The notes beneath the pieces are model-generated. The model was not told where the DNA came from. It saw nothing but the letters and a program-made list of their open reading frames with translations, and made no database searches. From assembly GCF_001194135.2 (NCBI RefSeq), contig NC_068986.1, forward strand, positions 30,981,958-31,045,957: DNA of 64,000 nt. The letters are read 5' to 3'. The DNA is from Octopus bimaculoides. Lineage: Eukaryota. The position numbers were made by a program, and so were the translations under genes. Of this stretch, positions 13,133-26,345 are shown one piece after another; the stretch's first letter is position 1; each line of letters begins with the position of its first letter.

Positions 13133-15049
13133 GCAACAATAACAACAACAGAATTTTATTATCAATTCAAATTGAACATTTTTCACAAAATAACAGAAAA
13201 ATCAATACATGAAAAATATCATAGCAAATATTTTTTGTTTAATGCTTTTTTTTTCTCCTTAAATTTATGTATTTTCGTTTGAGAACAAGTAAATATAGGA
13301 TATTTAATAAAAAAGAATTTTCATAAACATTTACTTTTTTTATTTTAATAATTTCCTAATAAATGAATATAAAGTTTCTGAATGATTTTCATAGTCTGTG
13401 ATCAATTTAAAATCTGGTTAATACTGCACATATAAAATCTGAACAATTTAAAACAGAACACAATAGACAATGTGCATATACTCATGCACATACATAAAAC
13501 TGCAATGCATAAAGCACAATTGTTTCCAAAACCTTGATTAAATTAAAAATGCTATTCTGATTTCATGAAATGAAATTCTAAGACTGCCAACTTGAAAGCA
13601 TAAATACCCTACAATCGACCCATAAACCGAATGTTGTTATGACAATTTTGTAATCACTTTATATTATAGTTTGCTATTGAATAAATCAGTGCTAAGTTTG
13701 AATCTATATTGAAACATAAAAGAATGTGAAAAGACGCCAACTTACATATTTTGATATTGTTGATGGCGTGAATGAATTATTACTTTCATTCACAAGTTCT
13801 AAGAGATGTTAATTTTCTGTTGGCAATAAGCTGGAAACCTAGATTTAAAAACGCTGGTTCTAAGTAAATACAAATTTTCTGAGCAACTTGTTTTTTTCCC
13901 CACTACTTCTTAATCCTAAAGCGTACATATACAATTATACATATGAAACCTAGAAATGTTTTTGACAGGAATTATAGTGAAAAGATCAAATCTGTTATTT
14001 GCTATCTTACCAGATACACTTAACTTGCTTGCAGTGAATATAATTGCCATACAATTCCCTTTCCTTGGTAGAGATCAGTAAGTCTCTGCTGTAAAACTAA
14101 GTTAGCGTTCACAACACTTCAGTTAGTTTGGATTTTATTTCATGTATTTCTCTCCTCAGTCGCATACATTCTTTCTTGTTATCAATAGTAGAGTCAATAT
14201 ATAATTATTAGGAGGAAATTGCTGCTTTGGTCTGAATAGGTGACACAGAGAAATATGTTGCAGCTTCTTGTTTCTTTGGTCAGAGAAGGGTTAATGATAT
14301 GTCTATCAAACAAGAACTACTGAAATAGTATGATGAGGATATTTTCTTCATTGCTACAAGACCCCAGGTAATAATAATAGTAGTAGTAGTAGTAGTAATA
14401 ATAATAATCCTTTCTACTGGAAGCACAAGGCCTCAAATTTGGGAGAAGGGATTAAGTCAATTACACTGACCTCAGTACGTAACTGGTACTTATTTAATCG
14501 ACCCCGAAAGGATGAAAGGCAAAGTCAACCTTGGCAGAATTTGAAATCAGAACATAAAGACAGGGGACGAAATACCACAAAGCATTTTGCTTGGTGTGCT
14601 AACGATTCTGCCATGATGATGATGAAAAACAGGTAAATGAAATGTGAATCATATTAACACCAAAGAGACTTAACCCCACTAAAAAAAAAGAAGCACAAAT
14701 AAGCAAAAAAGGAAAACTTATCATTCAGTCCATGATAAAAGAGAAATATGTACTTTCAATTTTATACCAAAAAAAAAAAAAAAAAAAAAAGTATGAAAAT
14801 GGAACATGTAAAACTTGACACTGTTAGAAACAAACAAACCAATATCAAATGAAGATGGTGACAATCGAAAATAAAGGGCTAAACTTTACTCCTTCAGTCC
14901 CTTAAATAAAAAAAAAAGCACCAGTGGAGTAGCTAAAATGTGTACTGCCCATAGCAACCTTTGAGTTCCACTCCACCCTGCTCCTTATACAGGTTTATAC
15001 AGCAGATCCAATAGTGCTGTCCTCATAACAGCATTGCCCAGGATGGATT

Positions 15050-15226
15050 ACTTGTTTTATGTTCAAATTGGCCAGATCTAACCTCTTACTCCTACCCTAC
15101 AATGTCATTCAAAAATAAACATTCACATCATCGAAATCACAAAGCTACAATATAATGGATGATTGATTCAAAACATTATGAATAAATAAGCATTACATTT
15201 GGAAATGTAGAATGGATGCTGGGGGG
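15050..15226 (-). mobile_element. Partial copy of the same TTAA MITE family
   Basis: Its reverse complement matches 25273-25374 and 25812-25850 (aatgcttatttattca, ttgtagct, gaatgacattgtagg). It ends in GGG-TTAA at 15224-15230. Confidence 0.6.
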
Positions 15227-15499
15227 TTAACTAAATGTAACATGGGATCCTTAAGTTACTTATAAATATACATTCTCAAAATCAAACAAATACCAGAAAA
15301 TGGAGCAGAACATTTAAAAAGTAAAAATACATAGTGAAACACAAAGCCAAACAAAAATATAAACAATAAAACTGTAAACTATGAAAATAACCCTAACACA
15401 TACAAAACAAAATAAATAATAAAACTTCTAAGAGTCTCAGAATAGAAAATTCAAAAGATGCAAAGTATGAACATAATAACCTGAAGGTAGAAACATAAT

Positions 15500-18388
15500 T
15501 AAATAATTATAATCAATACATCTTCGTAAGGATCAACAAAAGCATTTCTCAAGGATATAAACCGAATGAAATAGTAGCAAGAATTTTTTTTTTTTTTTTA
15601 AACCTTCCCATAAACCTGGCCACTGCAGACTTAATGAAAACAGATATGAAAGGTAATACCACCAGGTTAAACAAAATAATGATTGGGAAAAGTACTTAGA
15701 AAGGGATGTTGCTACTTCTTCAGATTATAGAAATAGCGAAACCTAAGCAAGCAACATGGAAAACAAATGCAGAAAAGGATAGAAAAATAAGAAGAAATAT
15801 CTCTAAATCCTTAATGAAATCAATAAAAGACAACAATGAAAGAAAAAATATGTATTAAAGAACATAAAAAAATGCACCTAAAATCAAAGAAATCCCTCTT
15901 CAAACAAGAAAGTTCTCACTAAATAGCAAAGAATTCATCAGAATGAAAAGTAAATGATTCTTTGAGGGAAAAAGCTTGACTCCAAAGTAAAACAATTTTA
16001 CCAAGATGTAGGATAAAATACAAGAGAAATCAATATAACAACAGAGATTGAAGAATTCTAGGGAGGAGCATGGACAGCAAAGGAATCAACACAACATACT
16101 TGTTCAAAATAACAAACACAGCACCTGAACAACTGTGGGTGGCCATATCAACAGAAGAAGTAGGCCAGATGCTACAAAAATTGAACAACTGGAAGGCAAC
16201 AGGAATTTATAAAATCCCAAACTACTGGTTAAACAGGGACACACAGTGTAAGCAGATATGTTTATTAAAATGTTGAAAGAGCAGGAGACAACAAGTGATT
16301 GGCACACTAGTGGGGAAACTCTTTTAATACCGAAGACTGAAGAAATAACAAACTCTAAAGATTATACTTGTAACCTGCCTTCTTACAGTCATAGCACTGC
16401 AATAATATTGCAGAATATAAACAAATATCTGGAGTTGGGAGGAAAGGGCAACATACTTCTAGAAAAATAGAAGGGGTGCTTGAAAGACTCTTTTGGCTGT
16501 AAAGATCAACAAAAGACTATAAGATGGAGGAACAAAGGCCTGAACTTGGCATGGGTGACTGATAAAAGGCTCCAGACAGTATTCCTCCACATGTGGGATC
16601 TTGAAAACATCAACCATGTGTAAGATAATGCCAATAATCCTGGAGATAGACACCCCACCCACCCAAAAAAAGAGGATTTATTAAGACTAACCTCATCTCT
16701 GTTAGAAGATAAATATTCTAAGGGAATTTCTTTCTATGCATTGTTTTTGTGTTTGATGCTTATACAGTTATCCAACATATTAAGACAGACTTGGGTATAA
16801 ATGTGATACAGAGGAGATCATTCAACCATCTTTTGTACACTGATGATGTTAAGTTTTATGCTATAGACTATAAACAAATTGAAACACTTCTACAGACAGT
16901 ATACAGATTCACTAGAATAACTGATGTGAAATTCAGATTAGAAAAATGAACCAAGATAACCTCAAGGAGAATCAATTAAGAATATCAATGTCATGTTAGA
17001 TAAAGAACTGGAGAAAAGAGAATTAGACCAAATGGAGGTTTACAAATACTTAGGAATCAATGAAATAGAGTACAATAAATACAAATGAAAGAAATGACTA
17101 GGAGCAGATATTGTAAATACATTAGATTAGTACTTAAAACAGAAATAAATGCAATTGCAATTATAATATTCTCAACTGAAGGCTAAAGGAATTAGCAAAA
17201 CTAGACAGAAATGGAATAAAAATAAAAACATTATTTAGAATATACCAACTGCAATCTGATATAAGTATCTTTATCAAGAAAGATAGAGGACTTATACATA
17301 AAAAAAAAATACTATAAAATATTCATTCATCATCATCATTTAATGATGTAGGACTACTAACATATTTAGTGAAGATTATTAAAAAACTAATAGAGAGAGT
17401 GAAGGGATATACAACTGTGTAAAAGAAAGAAGTAACAAAAGAAATTTTGAAACAACTAAAAGCTAAGCAAAATTTTAAAAAATGAGGTTACAGAATGCCA
17501 TGCTAAAAGACTGAGTATGGAGGAGAAAGACAAAGAAATATCTTAGCACTGAGATGTACAGGACTCAAAAGCTGAGACTTGATTGCTACACAGAATCAAA
17601 ACCTTCCCACCAAAAACTTGCTATACAAGCTCAAAGACTTCTCATCAGACACAAGTATGTAATGAAACAAAACACATATTATGTTAATGCAAAATACATG
17701 GAGGTTGGGAAGAAACCCTACCTGTCTCTGGCTGTTGAACTTCAGTCAAAAGAGAATACATTTATAACCCTGACAGATTTGGAGCTTTCATAAACAAGAA
17801 ATTATGCTAACATTAAGAAATACTAATAGAAAAGAGGTGGCATAAACATCATACACTTTAAAAAAATTTTTCATAGAATGACAAAGCAACCATACTCTGG
17901 GGTATGCCAATTTACACAGACAGGGGGATCAAAGCTAAAACAAAATTATAGGATGCTTTTGTCAAAGAACATCAAGAAAAGGAATGCCTCCTAAAGAAAG
18001 TAATAGTTCCAGCAGATGATAATGTATCTCTGAAAGAAATGAAGAAATTATCCAAATATGAAGATCTGGAAATAAACATAACCAGAATGTTGAGATTAAA
18101 AAACAGAAGCAATCCTTATGGTGGTATAGGTAGGTGCCTTATGAATGGTTAAAAAATATATAGACAGGTAAATAACCGACCTCGGAACTTACACATATAT
18201 ATAACATATAGAAACTAATACTAAGCACTGTATACATTTAGAGTATTGTCAATACAATATGACGTACAAAACCAAAACAAAAACAAAACACTGCACATAC
18301 CCAGGTGCACACAACTGTGCTTAGTGGTGTAGTGAAAACACGCACTTAAAATAAGACTACTGAACAACAACAACAACAACAACAATAA
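15500..18388 (+). mobile_element. Decayed R4/Dong-like non-LTR retrotransposon (RT plus C-terminal restriction-like endonuclease)
   Basis: Broken reading frames give RT motifs in the expected order: LNNWKATGIYKIPNYWL (about 16180-16230), W..GETLLIPK...SKDY (about 16300-16365), FNHLLYTDD (TAC ACT GAT GAT at 16836-16847) and YKYLGI (17041). These are followed by the RLE-type segment VKEHQEKECLLKKVIVPADDNVSLKEMKKLSKYEDLEINITRM (17961-18090). The element ends in a (CAA)n tail at about 18363-18386. It has many stops and frameshifts, and the 5' boundary is approximate. Confidence 0.85.
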
Positions 18389-18624
18389 ACGACATTAAGA
18401 TATCAGAACAAAATATTGATTTATCAGTTTTACACTGTTTATACATAATACAGTCAACAAAAAAGAAATGGCTTAATTTGAAATGGTATCTGAAGTCATT
18501 ATATTGACTTATAACAGAAATAAAATTGAAATACTTTGACATCCTCTTCCTTATCATCTTGGCATATGTTATAAAGATCCATACAACAACAATCATACGA
18601 TGCAGCAGTGGTAGTAGCAGCAGC

Positions 18625-18671
<47 letters not shown>

Positions 18672-21600
18672 CTTGCCAGGTTATTTATGAGCTCTCATTT
18701 CCTACTGCCTCTTCAGTGGACATTGACCAAAATTTCTGAAGAGTTGCATTCATAGTTTAACATATATATGTATTATCAGTCACTGTATGTCTTCCTTCCA
18801 TCTTTGTTGTTTATGTTTCACAGCTATCCACCACAGCACTTTTGACAAAGGTATCATAAAGTTTATTATTTGTGAAAAGGAGTTTCTTTTGTCAAGAACA
18901 AAGGCAATAGATGTGTAAATTTTATTCCATCAACTGTGCACTAAGACCTATTATTAAACAGATTACCTGGATAACAGAATATGTTTCCAGTGAATTAATG
19001 CGTTACTCTGAGGAGGAGGATTTCATTGACAACTTCTCATACAAATTAAATAACTATCTAACTGGATGTTGTATGACATGCTACATGTCATAAATCTAAT
19101 AATAAATGTTATTTTCCAAATTTAATGGAAATAACCTCTGTATCTAATAGTAATTTTTCATGTCCTCTGATATGCATTATGAAGTAATGTTTACTTCGAA
19201 GTAATGTCGCTTTTAAATTTAACCCTTAACAACTGGGCTTGATCTACTGACCCCATAATTTTTGTGTTAGAAAGAGAAAATGACCGAGTCTTCAAGAATA
19301 TCTATACATTACTTTGTTTTTATTGAAATTCAGATATTCTTTTATAGAATTTGAAGTAATAAGATCCGTCTTCTCTCCTCCTTTTCTGACATTGATTGTC
19401 CAGTAAGTAAGTGAACTGATCTGAGACTGTGGACTAAAACTGAAGCAATTTACATTATGGAAAATCCACTTTAGTCATCTAAAAGCACATAAAAATTATT
19501 AAATTCACTTTTATTTCTTGAAGTGCAATGGAACAATGTGAATGACCAGGTCACCATGATGCGTCATAAATTCTGACATCTCAAGAAATAAATGAAAAGT
19601 AAATTTAACAGTTATTGTTTATTTTTAGATGTATGCAATGGCTCTGTGGTATAAGAACTGTTCTTTTTCTCTCTCTCTCTCCTGTAAAAAATGGTTTCGC
19701 TTCTTCTGGTATTGAAGAATTAATAATTAAACAAATCTACATAATTAATCTTCTGAGAGCATTTCACATCTTAGATTTTATGAATCAGAAATTTAGGGCT
19801 ACTCCTCTTGAATTCATCTCTTTATATATCTGAAACAGTATGTTAGTCATGAAAATTCTTCTTTACTCTGTATGTAACCATATTCTACCTCATATTTAAG
19901 TAGTAAACAACTGCTGCTCAAAATGTAATCACTAGTATCATAGACCATATACAAAGAAATGCCCTGTCAATTTGACAGGGAAACTTTTAAATTTGTGTAC
20001 AGGAAAGAGTGGTTTTAGGTTTGTCACCACTACATGGCATCTTAGATAAGTGTCTACAAGTGTAGCCTCGAGTTGACTAATGCTCTGTGAATGGAACTGA
20101 TAGATAGAAACTACACTGAAGCCCCATTGCATGTGTGTAAGCATATGTGTGAATGTTAATTACACATTTTCATTTACATCATCACGGCAAAAAAGGTGAC
20201 ATTGTGCATTCTCCACTAAACAGATGTTCGATAGTTCACTCAGTTCAGTACAAATGCAAGAACTGAGGGATGAAAAATAAGCAGGTGTTGATGACAGGAA
20301 GAGCATCCAGCCGTACAAAATCTGCCTTGAACAAGTTTCATTTAATCTATGCCCGCAGAGAAATAAATGGGCAAGACAAATGATGATGACGATGGTGAAT
20401 TACATTGCTAGAAACAGCAGCCATATCTCCTTCAGACTAGCATCTACAATCTTAAGAAAGGCAGGACACAGTGAAATGCACTCCTAGATATATCATAATT
20501 AAATAAAAACAGGATGATCATAGGTGAAATACTTTTGATCACATACTTGCCTTATCAGGGTGAACCTGTGAGCTAAACAGCATCAGCCCTTATCCAGTAA
20601 CATGTTTCAATTCTTGGAATATTTATTTTGATTATTTCTATTAATGCTATTATAATTTCCCCTCTAGACATGATTGAACACCAAAGTAACCATTAGTCTT
20701 ATCATCTTTTTTGATACACACCATTATCATTAAGTATTTGTCCCTTCACTTGAGGACATGTGCTGTCTTTCCTCCCCAAAACTACAACTCTTGAAAATTC
20801 TACCTACTCACCTCAACTACTTAGTATTTCTCCAGAATCTAAATTAAACATTTCACTATACAAACATAACTAAATTTCCATTCACTTGAAATTTTAATCT
20901 GTAATTAATAAAAAATGAAGGTTCATTTAGAGTAGCAAGAATTATTCTACAAATATAATAGCTGTTAGAAGGTTTTAAATATTAATTTATTATTCATCAC
21001 TATATTTCTAATTTAATTTCTAAACTGAACCTTTGAGTTTCATACTTCTAGCAAAAATACCTTTCATGGTGAAAATAAGTAGATTGCTAACCCTCCACCT
21101 CTCCCTCTTTCTTTCCCACATGCAAACACAAATACCTTAGAGATAAAGTTTATTTCTAACATAGATATTGAAACAAGACAAATATATATGTATAAAGCAA
21201 AACTCAATATCATGCTAAAATCAGCTGAAATCTAATATTCCCCAGAAAGGATAAACACACTTCAATAATACAGCAAATCTAAAATATTACCAAAGGAAGA
21301 AAAAAAAAATCCAATTAATTTAAATACAACAAAACCAGGATAGCAAACTAGAACAGGAATAACAGACATTCTATTTCATCTATCTGAATTCTGAACATAA
21401 AATGAAATATGGGAAAGAAACAGAGAAAGAAAGAAAAAGAAAAAAAACCAAACTGAATTTTCAAATTTGTTAATCTTATCCAATACAAACATGAAATTTG
21501 CACTAAACATCTTTTACATATCATATGAAAGTATTAATATAGGCAAAAAAAGCAAACAAAATCTTAAAATCTTTTTTGTGTTTGTTTGTTTGTTTTCTCT

Positions 21601-24036
21601 GATGAGGTGATATACATCTATTTATAAAATACTTGAAACCAACTTTTAATTTCAACCCTCAAGACAGCCTGATATATATTTGTGTACATTTAAAATTGGA
21701 ACCTCAAGCCAAAAACATGAATGATAATGAGATTTTCAGTTAGTCAACAACGACAACAATATAGTGAACTGATATCTGGAGATACAGATATTTTAATAAA
21801 ATCCCACCAATGTCCTGACTGTATTGAAAATCAATTGAAAACACTTAAGGCACTCTCTCCATTAAGAAATATACTCACAAAAGGGTTAAAGATAATACTT
21901 TGAACTAGCACAGCTGCTGGAGAATAAACCACATATGGTTGGTTGGGACATTGAATGCAACAAAGAAGTCAAACATAGTCAGAAAGAACAAAGAACCTCA
22001 TGTGAAATAGGACTTTCAAAATAGGAGTCTAGCTATCAGACAAGTTCTTTGTTCATTGTACAGCAATCTTTACAGATGTATTTCAACTGAAACATCTTGG
22101 TTACAAAAGCACATTATCAAATATTATTCTATATATTTATATATTTAATATTTATTTAGATTTGAAAATTATGATAAAGATATACATGTACTACACACAC
22201 ACACATCAAACATGTAGGCGAAACAGAATATATTTTGTTAGACTAATGATTATGGATTAAATAGCTTCACTCTCAGTTTTGTCTGTGGAATGCTTTATTC
22301 CAAGTGGCTGGGCATAGCTTCTTTTTGGACATGTCACCCACTGGAATATATATGAAAATTAAATCCAATTTATGATTTAAATGAGGTTTTAAATTGCAGC
22401 TAAATATAGGAAATAGCATATTTGCTTTTATATGAACTTTGTAAGTATGTTCTTGACGATGGTTCTATGTTCTCCAAGGAGTGCACAGAATTGTATGGTA
22501 AGCCTCAACTAAGGATGTATATGAAGGTATAAACAAAAACAAACGAAAAAACGAAAATCAGGTGAAAATTTGAATTAAACACCCACAGCTGGATGGCCAG
22601 TAGCAAACAAGTGATGTAATTAAACAGTATTCACAAAATGATTTCAATTCCACCTGGGTATGTTCTGCTTTGCCTTGATTGAGATAAACAGCAGATACAC
22701 ATACAAATGAGAAAGAGAGAGGGGGTGACATTTCTGTTGTGAAAATCACTCTACTGTGAAAATTTATACCATGACTGCTCTATTTCAGACTAGAGGAATA
22801 CATTAAACAGCATTCCATAATTTTCGCATGCAAGCCAGCGGGGCTTAAAAGAAAACAGATCCTGTTTGATTTGAGGTTGTGTTTGTGTTATGGATGTGTG
22901 TGGAGGGATGGGGGGTGGCTATACAAACAAAGGGATGGATATACAGACAAAGGGAAGTGTATTCAATATATGGAAGAGTGTTTTATGTATTCATTCACCT
23001 GAAGCCTTCATTCTGTGATTACTTCTGAGAGCTTCATGCATGAATGATGGGAGTGGAGCTTTGGATGATAAAGGATAGCAAGAATGGAATCAGTAAAAAT
23101 TCAAAATGGATGCTTTGCAGTAGTTTAATATTTCGAATATTATTGTTCTGATCTCAAATCCCACCTTTGCTTAGATTCTTTCTGAGCTGTTAAAACATTG
23201 ATTAGAAACAAACCAAATTTGATCTTACCGGATATATGCCACAGTCACCAAAATTTCATGTCACTTGCCAAATAACTTCTTTCACACAGAAAGAGAAAGT
23301 GCTTATATTATTATTTTATTTTTTTAATTTTTTTGCAGGGAGGGAGAAGTTTTGCCAATTTTGTTTTTCTTTAATACAGGGTCTTCATGCAATGATTTGT
23401 AAGTCAGTGCAGCTATTACACATAGATAACCAAGGTTGCTCCCTGCCACATACACACACACGCAGTGATGGAAACAGCTAGCCAAAGTCGATAGCTAACT
23501 TGCTAACATACTTCAGCCTCAAGCCCAGATACACTATCTTCTCATTGCATCTTTTCTCTCTGCTCTCCAAAGTTGATTTATCTTATACCACCCGCACTCA
23601 GACACTGCTAGCTCATTTACATCTTCTCTCATCACCTGAATTATGTCCACCTCTCAGGCCCTACATTAACAACTATCCTTAGTCCTTCCTCCTCATAACA
23701 CCAGCCCTCTTGGCCTATCCGACCTGTGTTCTTAATGCATCAGTCAACTCACAGCTGTTCATGTGGAACCTTAACTGCATAGATTTCACCTGTCTTGAGT
23801 GCTGTCAAGGCCATGGACACCATAACTTTCTCCAGACCAAAGCATTTAAAAAAAAACAAAAAAACTGTGTAACTACTTTCCCAAGTCATATTTCTCATCA
23901 TATTCTTTCCATGATCACAAAGTGTTGCTTGAGAGGTGTTGAAATAAGGTGATCTATGAGTTTGGTACTTTAGTACCAAACTCATTTCTGACATTCAACA
24001 GAGAAACCTAGCCAATTATAGTCATGATTCCATTAA

Positions 24037-25210
24037 CCCTTTCGTTACTATATTTCTGACCAAAATACACCCCTCATGAGTTTCAATTAAATTCTAAAAT
24101 AATCATGAATTTAGACTAGTCTCATTAAACACCTGTAACTTTTTTATTTATCAACATATTAATGTGATATTTGGAACATAATTAAAGAAAGGGTTCTTAA
24201 TCAATTCTATGGCATAATTTTTGTCTCAAAGTTCTCCACATNNNNNNNNNNNNNNNNNNNNNNNNNNNNNNNNNNNNNNNNNNNNNNNNNNNNNNNNNNN
24301 NNNNNNNNNNNNNNNNNNNNNNNNNNNNNNNNNNNNNNNNNNNNNNNNNNNNNNNNNNNNNNNNNNNNNNNNNNNNNNNNNNNNNNNNNNNNNNNNNNNN
24401 NNNNNNNNNNNNNNNNNNNNNNNNNNNNNNNNNNNNNNNNNNNNNNNNNNNNNNNNNNNNNNNNNNNNNNNNNNNNNNNNNNNNNNNNNNNNNNNNNNNN
24501 NNNNNNNNNNNNNNNNNNNNNNNNNNNNNNNNNNNNNNNNNNNNNNNNNNNNNNNNNNNNNNNNNNNNNNNNNNNNNNNNNNNNNNNNNNNNNNNNNNNN
24601 NNNNNNNNNNNNNNNNNNNNNNNNNNNNNNNNNNNNNNNNNNNNNNNNNNNNNNNNNNNNNNNNNNNNNNNNNNNNNNNNNNNNNNNNNNNNNNNNNNNN
24701 NNNNNNNNNNNNNNNNNNNNNNNNNNNNNNNNNNNNNNNNNNNNNNNNNNNNNNNNNNNNNNNNNNNNNNNNNNNNNNNNNNNNNNNNNNNNNNNNNNNN
24801 NNNNNNATACAGAAATATCCGATTTATTATCGTTCACCACGTGCTTTTGTAGCTCATTCATTCTTTTCTTCGATATCTCCATATCTTTTGTTGAAAAACC
24901 TTCAAATTCGGAATCACTGCTTGATAGCATGAAACTCCTCTCCATCTTCAAAGTTGAAAAAAATCAACGCCGCAAAAAAATGTGGGAAAAAATCTTCCAA
25001 AATTCACTGAGTTCAAAAATCACGCCAAACAATGTTGGAGACAATAACTCAACTGTTTGCAAAGTGAAATCAGGTGTTTTAACGAATGTATTAACGAGAT
25101 TTGGGTTCAAATATACATTTAAATAACAACGCTCGGCCGGCTACGGGCGGGTTAGTCTTATGAACCAAAAAATTTTTCGGCCGGCTATGGCCAGGTTAGT
25201 AACGAAAGAG
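24037..25210 (-). mobile_element. piggyBac-type DNA transposon, probably internally deleted; interior partly in an N-gap
   Basis: TTAA flanks both sides (24033-36 and 25211-14). The terminal inverted repeats are CCCTTTCGTTACTA and TAGTAACGAAAGAG (1 mismatch). There are two subterminal direct repeats, CGGCCGGCTA(C/T)GG.C.GGTTAGT, at about 25134-25156 and 25178-25200. An acidic N-terminal ORF start, MKMERSFMLSSSDSEFEGFSTKD, runs from 24951 into the gap at 24242-24806. Confidence 0.8.
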
Positions 25211-25272
25211 TTAAACAACCTGGAACTTTAATATCACCTGTATCATTAACACCGTCATCATTTGTGATTTAA

Positions 25273-25589
25273 CCCTTTAGCATTCAGATTCCTCTGTCAA
25301 ATGGAATGCTCATTTATTCATATTGTTTTGAATTGGTTATGCATTATCTCATAGCTTCAAGATTTTGATAATCGCTTACTCTTTTACTTGTTTCAGTCAT
25401 TTGACTGCGGCCATGCTAGAGCACCGCCTTTTAGTTGAAGGAATCAACCCCAGGACTTATTCTTTGTAAGTTTGGTACTTAGTCTATCGGTCTTTTCTGC
25501 TGAACCGCTAAGTTACGGGGCATAAACATACTAACATCGGTTGTCAAGCAATGGTGGGGGGGGGGGGACAAACACAGACACAAAAACAC

Positions 25590-25640
<51 letters not shown>

Positions 25641-25887
25641 TATACACACACAACAGGCTTCTTTCAGTTTCCATCTACCAAATCCACTCACAAAGCTTTG
25701 GTCAGCACAAGGATATAGTAGAAAACACTTACCCAAGGTGTCACACAGTGGGACTGAACCCAGAACCATGTGGTTGGGAACCAAGCTTCTTACCACACAA
25801 CCACTCCTGCGTTTGTTTATATTTAGAATGACATTGTAGGATAAATAAAACAGGTAGAATATTTGGGCAGGATATGGCTAGTTAGGG
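25273..25887 (+). mobile_element. TTAA-flanked piggyBac-type MITE interrupted by a full-length SINE
   Basis: The element reads TTAA-CCCTTTAGCATTCAG ... TAGGG-TTAA. The left part (25273-25374) and right part (25812-25887) are collinear with the reverse complement of the copy at about 15050-15226. Confidence 0.65.
25377..25811 (-). mobile_element. Full-length SINE family A copy nested in a MITE
   Basis: It is the reverse complement of 34489-34880 along its whole length, with an expanded central (TA)n(CA)n. Confidence 0.9.
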
Positions 25888-26289
25888 TTAAAGTGACTTG
25901 AAGTTATGAATAGATTTTGCCATTGTCAGTGTTGTGGAAATCTGTTGGTATTGACAAACTGTGTATGCACTAACACAATGACAAATGGGAAGTTTCACCA
26001 AAAATAACAGAAATTTAGTGCTAACAATGTAATGTAGAGAGCATCACAAAACCAACTAGAAATATTATAAGGTGAAAGAAAAAAAAACATCTTTGTTTTT
26101 TTTTTAAACTTTTACTTGTTTTAGTAATAGCAGAACAAATCAACCCCAGTGATTATTTTTAAGTCTAGTATATTTTCTATCAGTGTCTTTTGCCAAACTT
26201 CTAAGTTATGGGGACAAAAACAAACCAATGGTTGGTTGTCAAGCAATGGAGGGTGGGCAAACACTAGCACAAATACACACACAGACACA

Positions 26290-26345
<56 letters not shown>

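Noticed and set aside
18824-18850. Plus-strand 27-nt exon-like pattern with a long pyrimidine tract
   Set aside because: It is antisense to EPC, has a weak donor (AAG|gtatca) and has no partner exons.
23490-23860. Pyrimidine-rich block with a hint of an RTE C-terminal peptide (VMREDVNEL...LWRA) on the minus strand
   Set aside because: Too degraded to assign; probably an old LINE remnant.
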